This document shows positions 18,939 through 28,126 of a DNA stretch of 64,000 bases, piece by piece. How positions within the stretch are numbered: position 1 is the stretch's first letter; each line of letters opens with the position of its first letter. The DNA is from Isosphaeraceae bacterium (lineage in GTDB: Bacteria > Planctomycetota > Planctomycetia > Isosphaerales > Isosphaeraceae). A program made the position numbers and the translations under genes. Below the pieces are notes generated by a model. That model did not search any database. It was not told the origin of the DNA and was given only the letters and a program-made list of their open reading frames with translations. The stretch spans positions 1 through 64,000 of the forward strand of contig CBDAVP010000003.1 in the NCBI GenBank assembly GCA_965201075.1. Reading direction: 5' to 3'.

Positions 18939-20438
18939 TTAGGCGTTGGGCTGGTCGGGCTTCCCCTTGTCGCGCTCGTCCCGACGCTTCTTCCGCTCAT
19001 CCTTCTCCCGCTGCTTGCGGAGCTTCTCCCGCTCCTTGGTCGAGAGTCGCTTGCCCGTGTCCCCCTTGGGGGCAACCAGGCGGGCTCCGGGGTTGAACGC
19101 TCCGGCCTGGCCCAGGCCCGACATCATTCGCACCTTGTCCATCATCGACATCTGCGACATCTTCTTGACGACCGCCGCCATCGCGTCGAACTGCTTGACC
19201 AGGTTCGAGATATCCGAAGGCTCGACCCCCGAGCCCGCGGCGATCCGTCGTCGTCGGGAGATGTCGATGGCGTTGGGGTCTCGGCGCTCGGCCGGGGTCA
19301 TGCTGTCGATCATGCCCTGGATGCGGCGCACCTCGCCGTCGGCGTCCAGCCCTTCCAATTCGCCGCTCATCTGCGAGAGGCCGGGGATCTTGCCCATCAG
19401 GTCCTTGACCGACCCCATCTTCTTCATCTGGACGATCTGCTGACGGAAGTCGTTGAGGTCGAACTTCCCCTTGGCCAGTTTCTCCTGCTGCTTGCGAGCC
19501 TCTTCCTCGTCGACGGCTGACTGCGCCGCTTCGACCAGGCCGACGATGTCGCCCATCCCCAGCATCTGGCCGACGAGCCGCTCGGGGTCGAACGGCGTCA
19601 ACTTGTCGAGCTTCTCGCCGATGCCGACGAACTTGACCGGCACCCCGGTCACCTTGCGGACCGACAGCGCCGCGCCCCCTCGGGCGTCACCGTCGAGCTT
19701 GGTCATGATGACGCCGTCGAGTTCCAGGGCGGCGTTGAACGCCCCGGCCGAGGCGACCGCATCCTGTCCCGTCAGGGCGTCGCAAACGAAGTAGACCTGG
19801 TGAGGCTTGACCTTCTTCTCGATCTGCTTCAACTCGGCCATCAAGGCGTCGTCGACGTGAAGGCGGCCGGCGGTGTCGAGCAGGATCGTGTCGCGCCCTT
19901 GACGATTCGCCTCGGCCAGGGCGTCCTGGCAGAGCCGGACCGGGTCGGCGTCGGCTCTCGAAAAGACCGGGACCTGAAGCTGCTCGCCGATGACCTTCAA
20001 CTGCTCGACGGCCGCCGGACGCTGAAGGTCGGCGGCGACGAGTAGGGGCTTGCGGTTCTGCGAGGTCAGAAGCTTGGCCAGCTTGCCGCAGGTGGTCGTC
20101 TTGCCCGAGCCCTGGAGGCCGCAGAGCATGATGATCGTGGGCCCGGCCTTCTCGAACCGGATGGCCGGGTCGCCGGGGCCCATCAGCTCGACAAGTTCGT
20201 CGTGGACGATCTTGACGATCTGCTGCTCGGGGCGGACCGCCTTGATGAGCTGGGCGCCGACGGCCTTGGCCCGCACCTTGGCCATGAATTCCTGGACGAC
20301 GTTGAAGTTGACGTCGGCTTCCAGGAGGGCCGTGCGGACCTCGCGTAGCCCTTCCTCGATGTTGGCTTCGGTCAGTAGGCCGCGAGCGCGGAACCGACCG
20401 AAGGCACCGTTGAGGCGTTTCTGGATGTCGTCGAACAT
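18939..20438 (-). CDS. ffh: Signal recognition particle protein
   Basis: GLQGSGKTT, DTAGR, TKLDGDARGG, Met-rich M domain, SRRRRIAAGSG. Confidence 0.98.
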   Translation of the reverse strand: MFDDIQKRLNGAFGRFRARGLLTEANIEEGLREVRTALLEADVNFNVVQEFMAKVRAKAVGAQLIKAVRPEQQIVKIVHDELVELMGPGDPAIRFEKAGPTIIMLCGLQGSGKTTTCGKLAKLLTSQNRKPLLVAADLQRPAAVEQLKVIGEQLQVPVFSRADADPVRLCQDALAEANRQGRDTILLDTAGRLHVDDALMAELKQIEKKVKPHQVYFVCDALTGQDAVASAGAFNAALELDGVIMTKLDGDARGGAALSVRKVTGVPVKFVGIGEKLDKLTPFDPERLVGQMLGMGDIVGLVEAAQSAVDEEEARKQQEKLAKGKFDLNDFRQQIVQMKKMGSVKDLMGKIPGLSQMSGELEGLDADGEVRRIQGMIDSMTPAERRDPNAIDISRRRRIAAGSGVEPSDISNLVKQFDAMAAVVKKMSQMSMMDKVRMMSGLGQAGAFNPGARLVAPKGDTGKRLSTKEREKLRKQREKDERKKRRDERDKGKPDQPNA

Positions 20439-20549
20439 GGCGGGCGGCGGCTCTCGGGCGCGCCGGTTGTCGTTGGCCGGCGGGAAGGGGACGGGAGGCC
20501 GACGGACGATTGCCCTGACGAGCGGCGGGCTGGCTTTGGGTCTACCGAA

Positions 20550-20690
20550 TTAGGAGTTGCGTCCGCCGAGGTTCTTGGTCTTGTGCGGGTTGCGCCCTTG
20601 CTTCTTGGGACGGCGGCCCTTGGCGATGGGGGACGAGTCAGCTCGTTTGCGCCATCGGGCGCTCTTGCGGTGGCGGGTCTTGGACTTCAT
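20550..20690 (-). CDS. Small highly basic protein (46 aa), not in the ORF track
   Basis: MKSKTRHRKSARWRKRADSSPIAKGRRPKKQGRNPHKTKNLGGRNS*; GGAG upstream, mostly G/C-ending codons, promoter just upstream. Confidence 0.7.
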   Translation of the reverse strand: MKSKTRHRKSARWRKRADSSPIAKGRRPKKQGRNPHKTKNLGGRNS

Positions 20691-20735
20691 ATCCGCGGGC
20701 TCCGGGACGATCACTGACCTGGGGGCGAAAGGCCC

Positions 20736-20764
20736 ATTGTGCGGATGCGAAGGGCGAGAATCAA
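20736..20764 (-). promoter_or_regulatory. Sigma70-type promoter for the small basic ORF and probably ffh
   Basis: TTGATT-17nt-CACAAT on the minus strand. Confidence 0.6.
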
Positions 20765-20793
20765 CCCGGACTTGCGGAGATTCGCCCCGAGCC

Positions 20794-21657
20794 TCAACCC
20801 CGGGCTCGCCGGACCGGCCCGACGGTCACGCTCAACGAGGCGCTGGGGAGGCTGAAATCGCCGCCAGCGTCCATGATCTGAACGCGGACGTCGTAGGTGC
20901 CATCCGCCAGGAAGTTGCTGGGCCGAACTCGGTAGACGCCGTTGGTCCCCACGGTGCTGGAACCCAGGACGTGGCCGGCATCGTCCAGCAGGAGGACGGT
21001 GTTGGTGGCCGATGTCGTGCTGGCGGCATAGGTCCCGGTGAAGTAAGGCTGGAGGACGCCTTCCTTGACCAGGTGGACATTGCTGGGGATCTGACGGTCG
21101 ACGCCCACCAACTTCGGGGCGGCGGGTTGCTTGATCGGGCGGCCGACGCCCAGGGCGATTTGAAGGATCGTCGTAACGTCGTTGGTGGCCGTGAACACCG
21201 GCTGAGACTGGGTGGTGTCGTAATTGACCAGCTGCTTGACGTCGTTGTCCAACTGATTCAACTGCGTCGCCGAAATCCCCGCGCTTTCCATCGCCTGGCG
21301 GAATCGCCTGTCGAGCCCATTGGCGGTCTGGGCGTCCAGCGAGGTATGGCCCACGGCGTCGCGGATCTCGGAATTGAACGCCTGGAGGGCCAGGGAACTG
21401 GGGCCGTGAAGCTGGCCGCGGATGGCGGTCAGGTCGGCCTGGATCGGCTGGGTGATTGCTGTCGGAATCGTCCGACCCGGGACAGTCAGCGAGAGAAAGT
21501 AGGGCAGGTTCTTGATCCGGTCGAGCTTGGCCTCATAGGTGACCGGCACGTTCTGCGGTCGTTGCGTGTTGGACCCGGTGGCCCCCGTGAATAGGCTAGC
21601 CATCAGCGCGCGGGATTCCAACCCTTCGGCCGAGGGGGCGAAACGGCGGCGATCCAT
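20794..21657 (-). CDS. Planctomycete extracellular-type protein with C-terminal Ig-like domain
   Basis: RRRF..EGLESRALMA N-terminal signature; PYFTGT...LADGTYDVRVQIMDAGGDFS Ig-like C-terminus. Confidence 0.7.
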   Translation of the reverse strand: MDRRRFAPSAEGLESRALMASLFTGATGSNTQRPQNVPVTYEAKLDRIKNLPYFLSLTVPGRTIPTAITQPIQADLTAIRGQLHGPSSLALQAFNSEIRDAVGHTSLDAQTANGLDRRFRQAMESAGISATQLNQLDNDVKQLVNYDTTQSQPVFTATNDVTTILQIALGVGRPIKQPAAPKLVGVDRQIPSNVHLVKEGVLQPYFTGTYAASTTSATNTVLLLDDAGHVLGSSTVGTNGVYRVRPSNFLADGTYDVRVQIMDAGGDFSLPSASLSVTVGPVRRARG

Positions 21658-21806
21658 CGCGCGAGTCTCCTGGGAATCCGACCAGACAGGGCGACGACCG
21701 GGGGAGCGGCCGAGGCGAGGGAGCCCCGGCGAACGTTCCGGGCGTGCGTCTCTAACACAACCACGGCATTGTCGAAACCCCAGCCGGGGCGGAATCGCGT
21801 CGTGGG

Positions 21807-22370
21807 TCAGGAGGAAACCCCGGCTTCGAGGGTCATGCGGAGGTACGAACGAGACTCAAGTTCCTTGAGGCCCAGAACTCGGGCCAGGTCGATCACCGAG
21901 TCCTGGGCGGCGTCCAGGTCGTCGGGCCCCTCGGCCAGCGTCTCGACCTCGGCGAACTGGCCGAGCGGCCCGGCGTCGTCCAAAGTCACTTCGATGGCGT
22001 GACCCAAATGATTCAGGGCGAAGGGAATGCGGGTCTTGCGGACCGTGGCCACGGGCTGGAAACCCAGTCTTCGGAGGGTCGTCGCCAATTGTTCGTAAGG
22101 GATGGCACCGTCGGCGAAGGGGGTCTCGATCTCCTCGCGAGTCTTGGTGGGTCCGCCGCGCTTGGGTCCCTTGTAGGTCAGGCGGTTCTCGTGCCCGAGC
22201 CGGCGGATGCGCAGAGCCTCATCGGTCTGGACGAAGTCGCGGGACGGGTGGGCGAAGTATCCATCTTCCTGTTCGACCGGATCCGACTCGGTCGCTCCCA
22301 GGCCTCTCAACCGTTGGCGGAGGGACGTGGCGTCGACCACCCGATATTTCTGCTCCACCTCGTAACCCAT
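21807..22370 (-). CDS. cyaB: Class IV adenylate cyclase (CYTH family)
   Basis: YEVEQK (ExExK), ALRIR, LTYKGP, REEIE, VRKTR, FAEVE. Confidence 0.85.
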   Translation of the reverse strand: MGYEVEQKYRVVDATSLRQRLRGLGATESDPVEQEDGYFAHPSRDFVQTDEALRIRRLGHENRLTYKGPKRGGPTKTREEIETPFADGAIPYEQLATTLRRLGFQPVATVRKTRIPFALNHLGHAIEVTLDDAGPLGQFAEVETLAEGPDDLDAAQDSVIDLARVLGLKELESRSYLRMTLEAGVSS

Positions 22371-22509
22371 GCCCCGAGCATAATGACCGCTGGTGAAGGC
22401 GGTCAACATCGGGACGGGCCTTCCCTCCCGAGCGGGCAGCCCGCTACAATCCCCTCGCATGAAAATTGTTAGCGCCTCGGGCGCGAGGGTACAAGGGGAC
22501 GGCGTCGTC

Positions 22510-23025
22510 ATGTCCCGGATGGTCCGCGACCGAATCCGGAGGCGGCTCAGCGCGGCCGAGGGCTATCTGGAGCTGGGGCTTCCCGAGAAGACCCTGGAGA
22601 TTCTCCGAGAACGGCCGGACTGGGCCACGATGCGGTTCGAGGCCAACTTCCTGGCCGGCGAAGCCTTGCGACTTCTGGGACGGCATCGCGAGGCGCTCAA
22701 GCCGCTTGAGGTCGCCGCCGGCCTGAAGCCGGGGGATGCCAGCGTCGCGATCGCCCTGGGCTGGTGCTACAAGCGGACCCATCGGCTGGCGCAGGCCATC
22801 GACGTCCTGGAACGGGCGACCCGGGCCGGCTCGCCCGAACCGTTGCTGCACTACAATCTTGCGTGCTACTGGAGCCTTGCCGGCACCCTGGCCAAGGCTC
22901 TGGAGGAATTGACGCTGGCGCTGAAGCTGGAACCGTCCCTACGCGACCTGATTTCCGACGAAACCGACTTCGACAACCTCCGCGCCGACGCCGGATTTCG
23001 CCGCCTCGTCGAGCCCTCGGCCTGA
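22510..23025 (+). CDS. TPR-repeat protein
   Basis: AEGYLELG, LGWCYKRT, HYNLACYWSL, DFDNLR end. Confidence 0.85.
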   Translation: MSRMVRDRIRRRLSAAEGYLELGLPEKTLEILRERPDWATMRFEANFLAGEALRLLGRHREALKPLEVAAGLKPGDASVAIALGWCYKRTHRLAQAIDVLERATRAGSPEPLLHYNLACYWSLAGTLAKALEELTLALKLEPSLRDLISDETDFDNLRADAGFRRLVEPSA

Positions 23026-23048
23026 AACCGGCCGGCCTGGGATTCGGA

Positions 23049-23720
23049 TCAGCGACGTGCCGCCGCCGGCGCCGGCTCCCGTCTCGCCTGGAATTCCGAA
23101 GGGATGAACGGCGGTCCCAGCATCGCCAGGTAGAGGGCTCGCTGGTTGGCATCCAGTACGGCCAGGCACTCATGGGAGAGCGCCCGGTCGTCCGAACCCC
23201 TCATGCCGAACTGGTCTCGCAACGCCAGGCGACGATGGACCGCCTCTTTCAGGACGGCTCGTTGTTCGGACTTCAGACCGAGAGCCGAGGCGATCGCCGG
23301 GCGGCTGATGAGGGCCGGCGGCCCTTCCCACTGGAGGTCGATCTGGTCGAGACGGCCTCGCTGTTCGCCAGTCAACTCCCCCTCGATCCAGCGCTCCTGG
23401 GCGTCATCGACCGCTCGTCGAGCGGCCAGGGCCTCGTCGCCTTTGAGGTTTCGGCTGGCCAGGGCTCGACGGTACAGGTCGTCGATCGCCCGGTGGGCCG
23501 AGGTGGATTGTTCCGGGGTCAGCTTCAAATCGTCGCGGACGTCGGGCCTTCCCAGCAACAGAAGGCGGGCGACCCGCTGGCCGAGATGGTCGTCTTGCAC
23601 CATCGCCTCACCGTCGGCGGTTGCAGGGGCCCGCGCGACGGAGGGCGCCTGGGCGAGGGCCGAGCCGAAGAGATTCACGCATACCAACAGGGTCTGGCTG
23701 AGCATTCTGAGACGGGGCAT
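23049..23720 (-). CDS. Secreted helical protein (LTxxQ-like repeats)
   Basis: Signal peptide ending ALA-QA; DLKLTPEQ, LTGEQRGRLDQIDLQWEGP. Confidence 0.65.
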   Translation of the reverse strand: MPRLRMLSQTLLVCVNLFGSALAQAPSVARAPATADGEAMVQDDHLGQRVARLLLLGRPDVRDDLKLTPEQSTSAHRAIDDLYRRALASRNLKGDEALAARRAVDDAQERWIEGELTGEQRGRLDQIDLQWEGPPALISRPAIASALGLKSEQRAVLKEAVHRRLALRDQFGMRGSDDRALSHECLAVLDANQRALYLAMLGPPFIPSEFQARREPAPAAARR

Positions 23721-23839
23721 GGGAGGTCCCTCCGCGGCGGCCGGGCCGCGCGAGGGTGGTTATACGTTGGGCTGCCTTGGACGAGTAGATCAACTCGGTC
23801 GCCGGCGGGGTCGCCCGTTCGTCAAAGTCGCGGAACGAC

Positions 23840-25021
23840 TCAGGGGACCGCGCTGGTCGTGGGCTTGGACGGCTTGCGGGCTGGTCGCGGACGAGGCTTC
23901 GGGGCCGGGGCGGGGTCGCTCTCGCCCTCGCCGTCGTCGGCGCTGTCGACGGTGGCGTTCGTGGTCCCCTTGCCCCTGGTCCCCTTCTTGCCTGGCTCAG
24001 GGTCCATCGATGGGTCGTCCGGGGACTCGGCCGGCTCGTCCTTGGATTTACTTTGCTTGGACTTGACGGTGGTCGGGGGACGGTTGCCCCGACCCGTCCC
24101 GGCCCGTCCGTCCGATTCCAGGGATTGGACGTCGAACGGCTCGCCGAGCATCTTGTTGAACGCGGCCTTCTGCTTGGGCTTGAGGAGCTTGCCGATGGCG
24201 ACCGGCGCCTCGGCGGAGGCGGATTCGTTCTGGCGGTCGTTGGTCCGTATCCGGGCGCCTTGGAGGTCGGTCGCGGTGGGGTCGTCCGGGTCGGAGTTCC
24301 GCATGTTCCGGTCCATCCCTCGACGGACTTCTCGGTCCTGGTCCTTGACGCTGAAGTGGTTCATGACGATTTCGCGAATCTGGTCGTAATCCTCGTCGGC
24401 GATGTTCAACTTGGTCGCCAGGTCGCGATCGGCCAGCGCCAGCGGCCCTTGGATTTGCAGAGCAACCTGATGCAGCCGCCGTCGCTGGTCGGTCTTGAGG
24501 AGCCCACCGAGTTCCGACTCGTACTGTTGGCGAAACTCCAGAGCCGTCTGGGCCTCTTCCTCCGCGGAAATCTCACCGTTCTGCCGGGCGTTGCGCGACT
24601 CTCTTTGCACCATTTGCGACTGGGCCGCGTAGGCCTCGATCCGCGTCCTGATGTTCGATTTCTGCTTGTCCGTCAGCTTCAATTCCTTCTGGATGACCGG
24701 GATCGGCAAGAGGGTCGTATACGCGTTGGCCTGCTGGCGGATCAGGAGGTCGCGGAGGCGGTCCGGACTGGTGCCCTCGCGGGGCGAGAATCCTCGACCG
24801 CCCCGATCGCCGCGACCTCCCCGGTCCATCGGGTCGGAATCGCCCGGCATCGGACCGTTGGGCATCCCGGCCTCGGCCTCGGCGTCGGGGTCGGGGGTGG
24901 CCCGGCGATTGGTCTTCGTCCGGTTCCCCTGGGCGAGGGCGAGCGCGGGGTCCAGGTCCACGACCGTCGCCAGCGCGACGACGATCCCGAGCGCGTGGGC
25001 GATCCGGCGGGTCCGGGTCAT
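23840..25021 (-). CDS. Secreted helical protein (LTxxQ-like repeats) with disordered ends
   Basis: Signal peptide ending ALA-QG; ELKLTDKQ, LKTDQRRRLHQVALQIQGP, MLGEPF. Confidence 0.7.
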   Translation of the reverse strand: MTRTRRIAHALGIVVALATVVDLDPALALAQGNRTKTNRRATPDPDAEAEAGMPNGPMPGDSDPMDRGGRGDRGGRGFSPREGTSPDRLRDLLIRQQANAYTTLLPIPVIQKELKLTDKQKSNIRTRIEAYAAQSQMVQRESRNARQNGEISAEEEAQTALEFRQQYESELGGLLKTDQRRRLHQVALQIQGPLALADRDLATKLNIADEDYDQIREIVMNHFSVKDQDREVRRGMDRNMRNSDPDDPTATDLQGARIRTNDRQNESASAEAPVAIGKLLKPKQKAAFNKMLGEPFDVQSLESDGRAGTGRGNRPPTTVKSKQSKSKDEPAESPDDPSMDPEPGKKGTRGKGTTNATVDSADDGEGESDPAPAPKPRPRPARKPSKPTTSAVP

Positions 25022-25210
25022 CTCGGAACTCCCTGGAGAGGGTGGCGAACGACTTGAGACTGGCAACTGGCTGGTCCGGTGGCGTCCAGCATCGCAATTG
25101 TACGCAAACCTGACCGACGAATCGTGCGTCAAAGTCTCGCGATTCTGGAAAATCCTCGGCAATACGGCCGACCACTTGGGACTGGCCCGGGGATGTTGCC
25201 CTGGAAGCGC

Positions 25211-26722
25211 TTAAAACTGGTTCTGGGCCACCTCGATGGCTTTGAGCAACCCTCTGGCCTTGTTCATCGTCTCCTCATACTCGTCGGCGGGCACGCTGTC
25301 GTAGACGACGCCGCCGCCAGCCTGGATGTAGGCCGTGGACCCCTGGATCACCAACGTCCGTAAGGCGATACAGGTATCCATGTTGCCGGTGAAGTCGATG
25401 TAGCCGACGGCTCCCGCGTAAGGGCCGCGCCGTTGGGGCTCCATCTCATCGATGACCTGCATCGCCCGGACCTTGGGCGCTCCGCTCACCGTGCCGGCGG
25501 GAAGACCCGAGCGTAACGCGTCGAAGGCCGTCTTGCCCGGAGCGAGTTGTCCGGTGACGTTCGACGTGATGTGCATGACGTGGGAGTAACGCTCGACCTT
25601 CATCACGTCGGTGAGTTTGACCGTGGACGGAACCGCGACCCGGCCGACGTCGTTGCGTCCCAGGTCGATCAGCATGATGTGCTCGGCCCGCTCCTTGGGG
25701 TCGGCCAGCAGTTCCTCGGCCAGGGCGATGTCCTCGGCCTCATCCCGTCCCCGTCGGCGGGTTCCGGCCAGCGGGCGGATGGTCACTTCGCCATCGTCCA
25801 CCCTCACCAGAATCTCGGGAGAACTGCCGATCAGGTGGAAGTGGTCGAACGGCAGGTAGAAGAGGAAGGGGCTGGGGTTCACCACGCGAAGGACTCGGTA
25901 AATGTCGAAGGGGTCGGCGGTTGTTTCCAGGCGAAATCTTTGGCTGGGGACGACCTGGAAGATGTCGCCGGCCTTGATGTACTCCTGGCAACGGCGGACG
26001 ACGTCCTCGTACGCCTCCTTGGTGAAATTGGACTCGGGCGTGAGGCTGATGGGTCCGTCGGTGCTGATGTCCATCGGCGGCAGGTCGGGGCCGGGGCCGG
26101 TCAGCCGGGCGACCAGCTCGTCGAGGTCTCGGCAGGCCTCGTCGTAGGAGTCGCGGAGGCTGTCGGTGTCGGTCCGAACCAGGGAAACGACCAGGATCGT
26201 CTTGCGAATGTGGTCGAAAACCACCATTCGGTCGTAGAAGCCGAAGGCCAGGTCGGGCAGGCCCCGGTCGTCGGGCGGGGCATCGGGCAGGTTCTCGGTG
26301 TAGCGGACCGAGTCATACGCGGCGTAACCGACAGCGCCCCCGACGAACCGCGGCAGGCCGGGCAGCGAGACCGAACGATGACGCTCGATCAACTCCTGGA
26401 GCGGGCGAAAGGGGTCGTCGCAATCCAGCACGCGAGGGCCGTCGGGCTCCCCCAAAATGCGGACCTCGCGTCCCCGGGCCTCGAACCTCAGAAACGGGCT
26501 CGCTCCCAGGAAGCTGAACCGGCCAACCTTCTCGCCGCCGATGACGCTCTCGAACAGGAAGGCGGGCCCGCCTCCCCTGGCGATGCGGGCGAAGGCCGAG
26601 ACCGGGGTCAGGCCGTCGCCGGTCAATTGCCGGTAGATCGGCACGCAGGGGGCCTGGCCGGCGAGTTCGGCGACGGCCTCGAACGAGGGCAGATAGGTGG
26701 GAACCGGCCGACCGGAGTGCAT
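25211..26722 (-). CDS. trpE: Anthranilate synthase component I
   Basis: FLFES, GDIFQVV, NPSPF, IRPLAGT, KERAEHIML, PAGTVSGAPK. Confidence 0.95.
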   Translation of the reverse strand: MHSGRPVPTYLPSFEAVAELAGQAPCVPIYRQLTGDGLTPVSAFARIARGGGPAFLFESVIGGEKVGRFSFLGASPFLRFEARGREVRILGEPDGPRVLDCDDPFRPLQELIERHRSVSLPGLPRFVGGAVGYAAYDSVRYTENLPDAPPDDRGLPDLAFGFYDRMVVFDHIRKTILVVSLVRTDTDSLRDSYDEACRDLDELVARLTGPGPDLPPMDISTDGPISLTPESNFTKEAYEDVVRRCQEYIKAGDIFQVVPSQRFRLETTADPFDIYRVLRVVNPSPFLFYLPFDHFHLIGSSPEILVRVDDGEVTIRPLAGTRRRGRDEAEDIALAEELLADPKERAEHIMLIDLGRNDVGRVAVPSTVKLTDVMKVERYSHVMHITSNVTGQLAPGKTAFDALRSGLPAGTVSGAPKVRAMQVIDEMEPQRRGPYAGAVGYIDFTGNMDTCIALRTLVIQGSTAYIQAGGGVVYDSVPADEYEETMNKARGLLKAIEVAQNQF

Positions 26723-26909
26723 GATTCGCGAAGTTCCACCAGGTTCCGCCGGATGGCTCAGGGTGTCCCTCCGGTCCGCGAAATCGTATCAGGCGAGTCT
26801 TGGGGTCACAACCGGAGCGGGGGATGATACGACCCATCCAACCGTCGAAGTCGTTGCCCGCCAACCCTTAGCGGCCGATCGGGGTGGGCTGGGCCACGCG
26901 CGGGGTTGC

Positions 26910-26937
26910 TTGACTCCACCCCGTCGGCCATTACAAT
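26910..26937 (+). promoter_or_regulatory. Putative sigma70-type promoter of mcsA-mcsA-mcsB
   Basis: TTGACT-16nt-TACAAT about 100 nt upstream of the ATG. Confidence 0.55.
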
Positions 26938-27035
26938 GGATTTTCAGACCCCGCGCCGTCCCGAGAGATTCGCGGCCCGTCTTTCGGCGGTCGCGAGGCC
27001 CGGTCGGGGCCCGGGTCTTGGGCGGAGGGGCGGCG

Positions 27036-27545
27036 ATGAAGTGTCAGAAGTGCGCCAAGCCGGCCACTTATCACATCACCGACATCGAGCGGGGCAAGCC
27101 TCGCGAGTTCCATTTCTGCGACGAGCACGCCCGGCAGCACCTGGCGCCGTCGGAGGAAGCCTCGTCGGAACTGGCTGTTGGCGACCTGGCCAAGAAGCTG
27201 ATCGCGGCGGCTCCGTCCTCGGCTCGCGAGCCCTCGCCGGCCGACAAACAGTCCTGTCCCCACTGCCAGATCACCTATCTGGAGTTCCGCAATACCGGAC
27301 GACTCGGCTGCCCGCACGACTACGACGTTTTTCGCGACGAATTGATGCCATTGCTGGAAAACATCCACGACGAGACTCGCCACTCCGGCAAGATTCCCCG
27401 ACGAGCCCCGCACAACAGCCAGGCCCAGACCACTCTCATCCAGTTGCGCAATGACCAGAAACGGGCCATTGCCGCCGAGGATTATGAAGCCGCGGCACGA
27501 ATTCGCGACCAGATCAAGGCGATCGAGCAGGATCAAAGCCGGTGA
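27036..27545 (+). CDS. mcsA: McsA-like protein arginine kinase activator, copy 1
   Basis: CQKC, CDEH, CPHC, GRLGCPHDY, HSGKIP, C-terminal UVR motif EDYEAAARIRDQI. Confidence 0.9.
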   Translation: MKCQKCAKPATYHITDIERGKPREFHFCDEHARQHLAPSEEASSELAVGDLAKKLIAAAPSSAREPSPADKQSCPHCQITYLEFRNTGRLGCPHDYDVFRDELMPLLENIHDETRHSGKIPRRAPHNSQAQTTLIQLRNDQKRAIAAEDYEAAARIRDQIKAIEQDQSR

Positions 27546-27640
27546 GGGTCCGGATAATCCGCCCGGATGTCTTGCCACGGCCCCCCGCCGCGGAACTGGC
27601 CGAGCCGCGACCGACTCACGCCCCCGAGCCCGGACCCCCC

Positions 27641-28126
27641 ATGACCTGCCAGCGATGCCGGGAAGACGCCACGGTCCACCTGGTCGAGACCGTCGAGGGC
27701 CGCCGCCAGGAGCTGCACCTTTGCTCCGGTTGCGCCCGCAAGGCCGGCCTGGGCCCGAGCCCCGCGCCGGGTCCTGGACTGCTTGACGATGTGCTCCAGG
27801 GTTTGATCCTCGCCCACGTCGGCGAACTCGTCGGCGAACTGGCTCGGAAAACCTGCCCCGACTGCGGCCTCCGCTTCATGGAGTTCCGCGCCGATGGCCG
27901 ACTGGGTTGCCCGAACGACTATCCCCTGTTTCTGGGCGGCCTGCTCCCGCTGCTTCGCAAGAGCCAGGCGGCGACCCGCCATGTTGGCAAGGTCCCCCGC
28001 CGTCGCCCCGCCGACCCCGGCCGCCTCCGCACCCGGGCGAAACTGCGAGAGGCCGTCGCCCGGGAAGATTACGAGCTGGCCGCTCGTCTGCGCGATGAGC
28101 TTCGCTTCGAGGATGCCCACGCATGA
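27641..28126 (+). CDS. mcsA: McsA-like protein, copy 2
   Basis: CQRC, CSGC, CPDC, GRLGCPNDY, HVGKVP, EDYELAARLRDEL. Confidence 0.85.
   Translation: MTCQRCREDATVHLVETVEGRRQELHLCSGCARKAGLGPSPAPGPGLLDDVLQGLILAHVGELVGELARKTCPDCGLRFMEFRADGRLGCPNDYPLFLGGLLPLLRKSQAATRHVGKVPRRRPADPGRLRTRAKLREAVAREDYELAARLRDELRFEDAHA

Noticed and set aside
20439..20549. SRP RNA (ffs) next to ffh
   Set aside because: No convincing SRP helix-8 motif found in the flanking spacers
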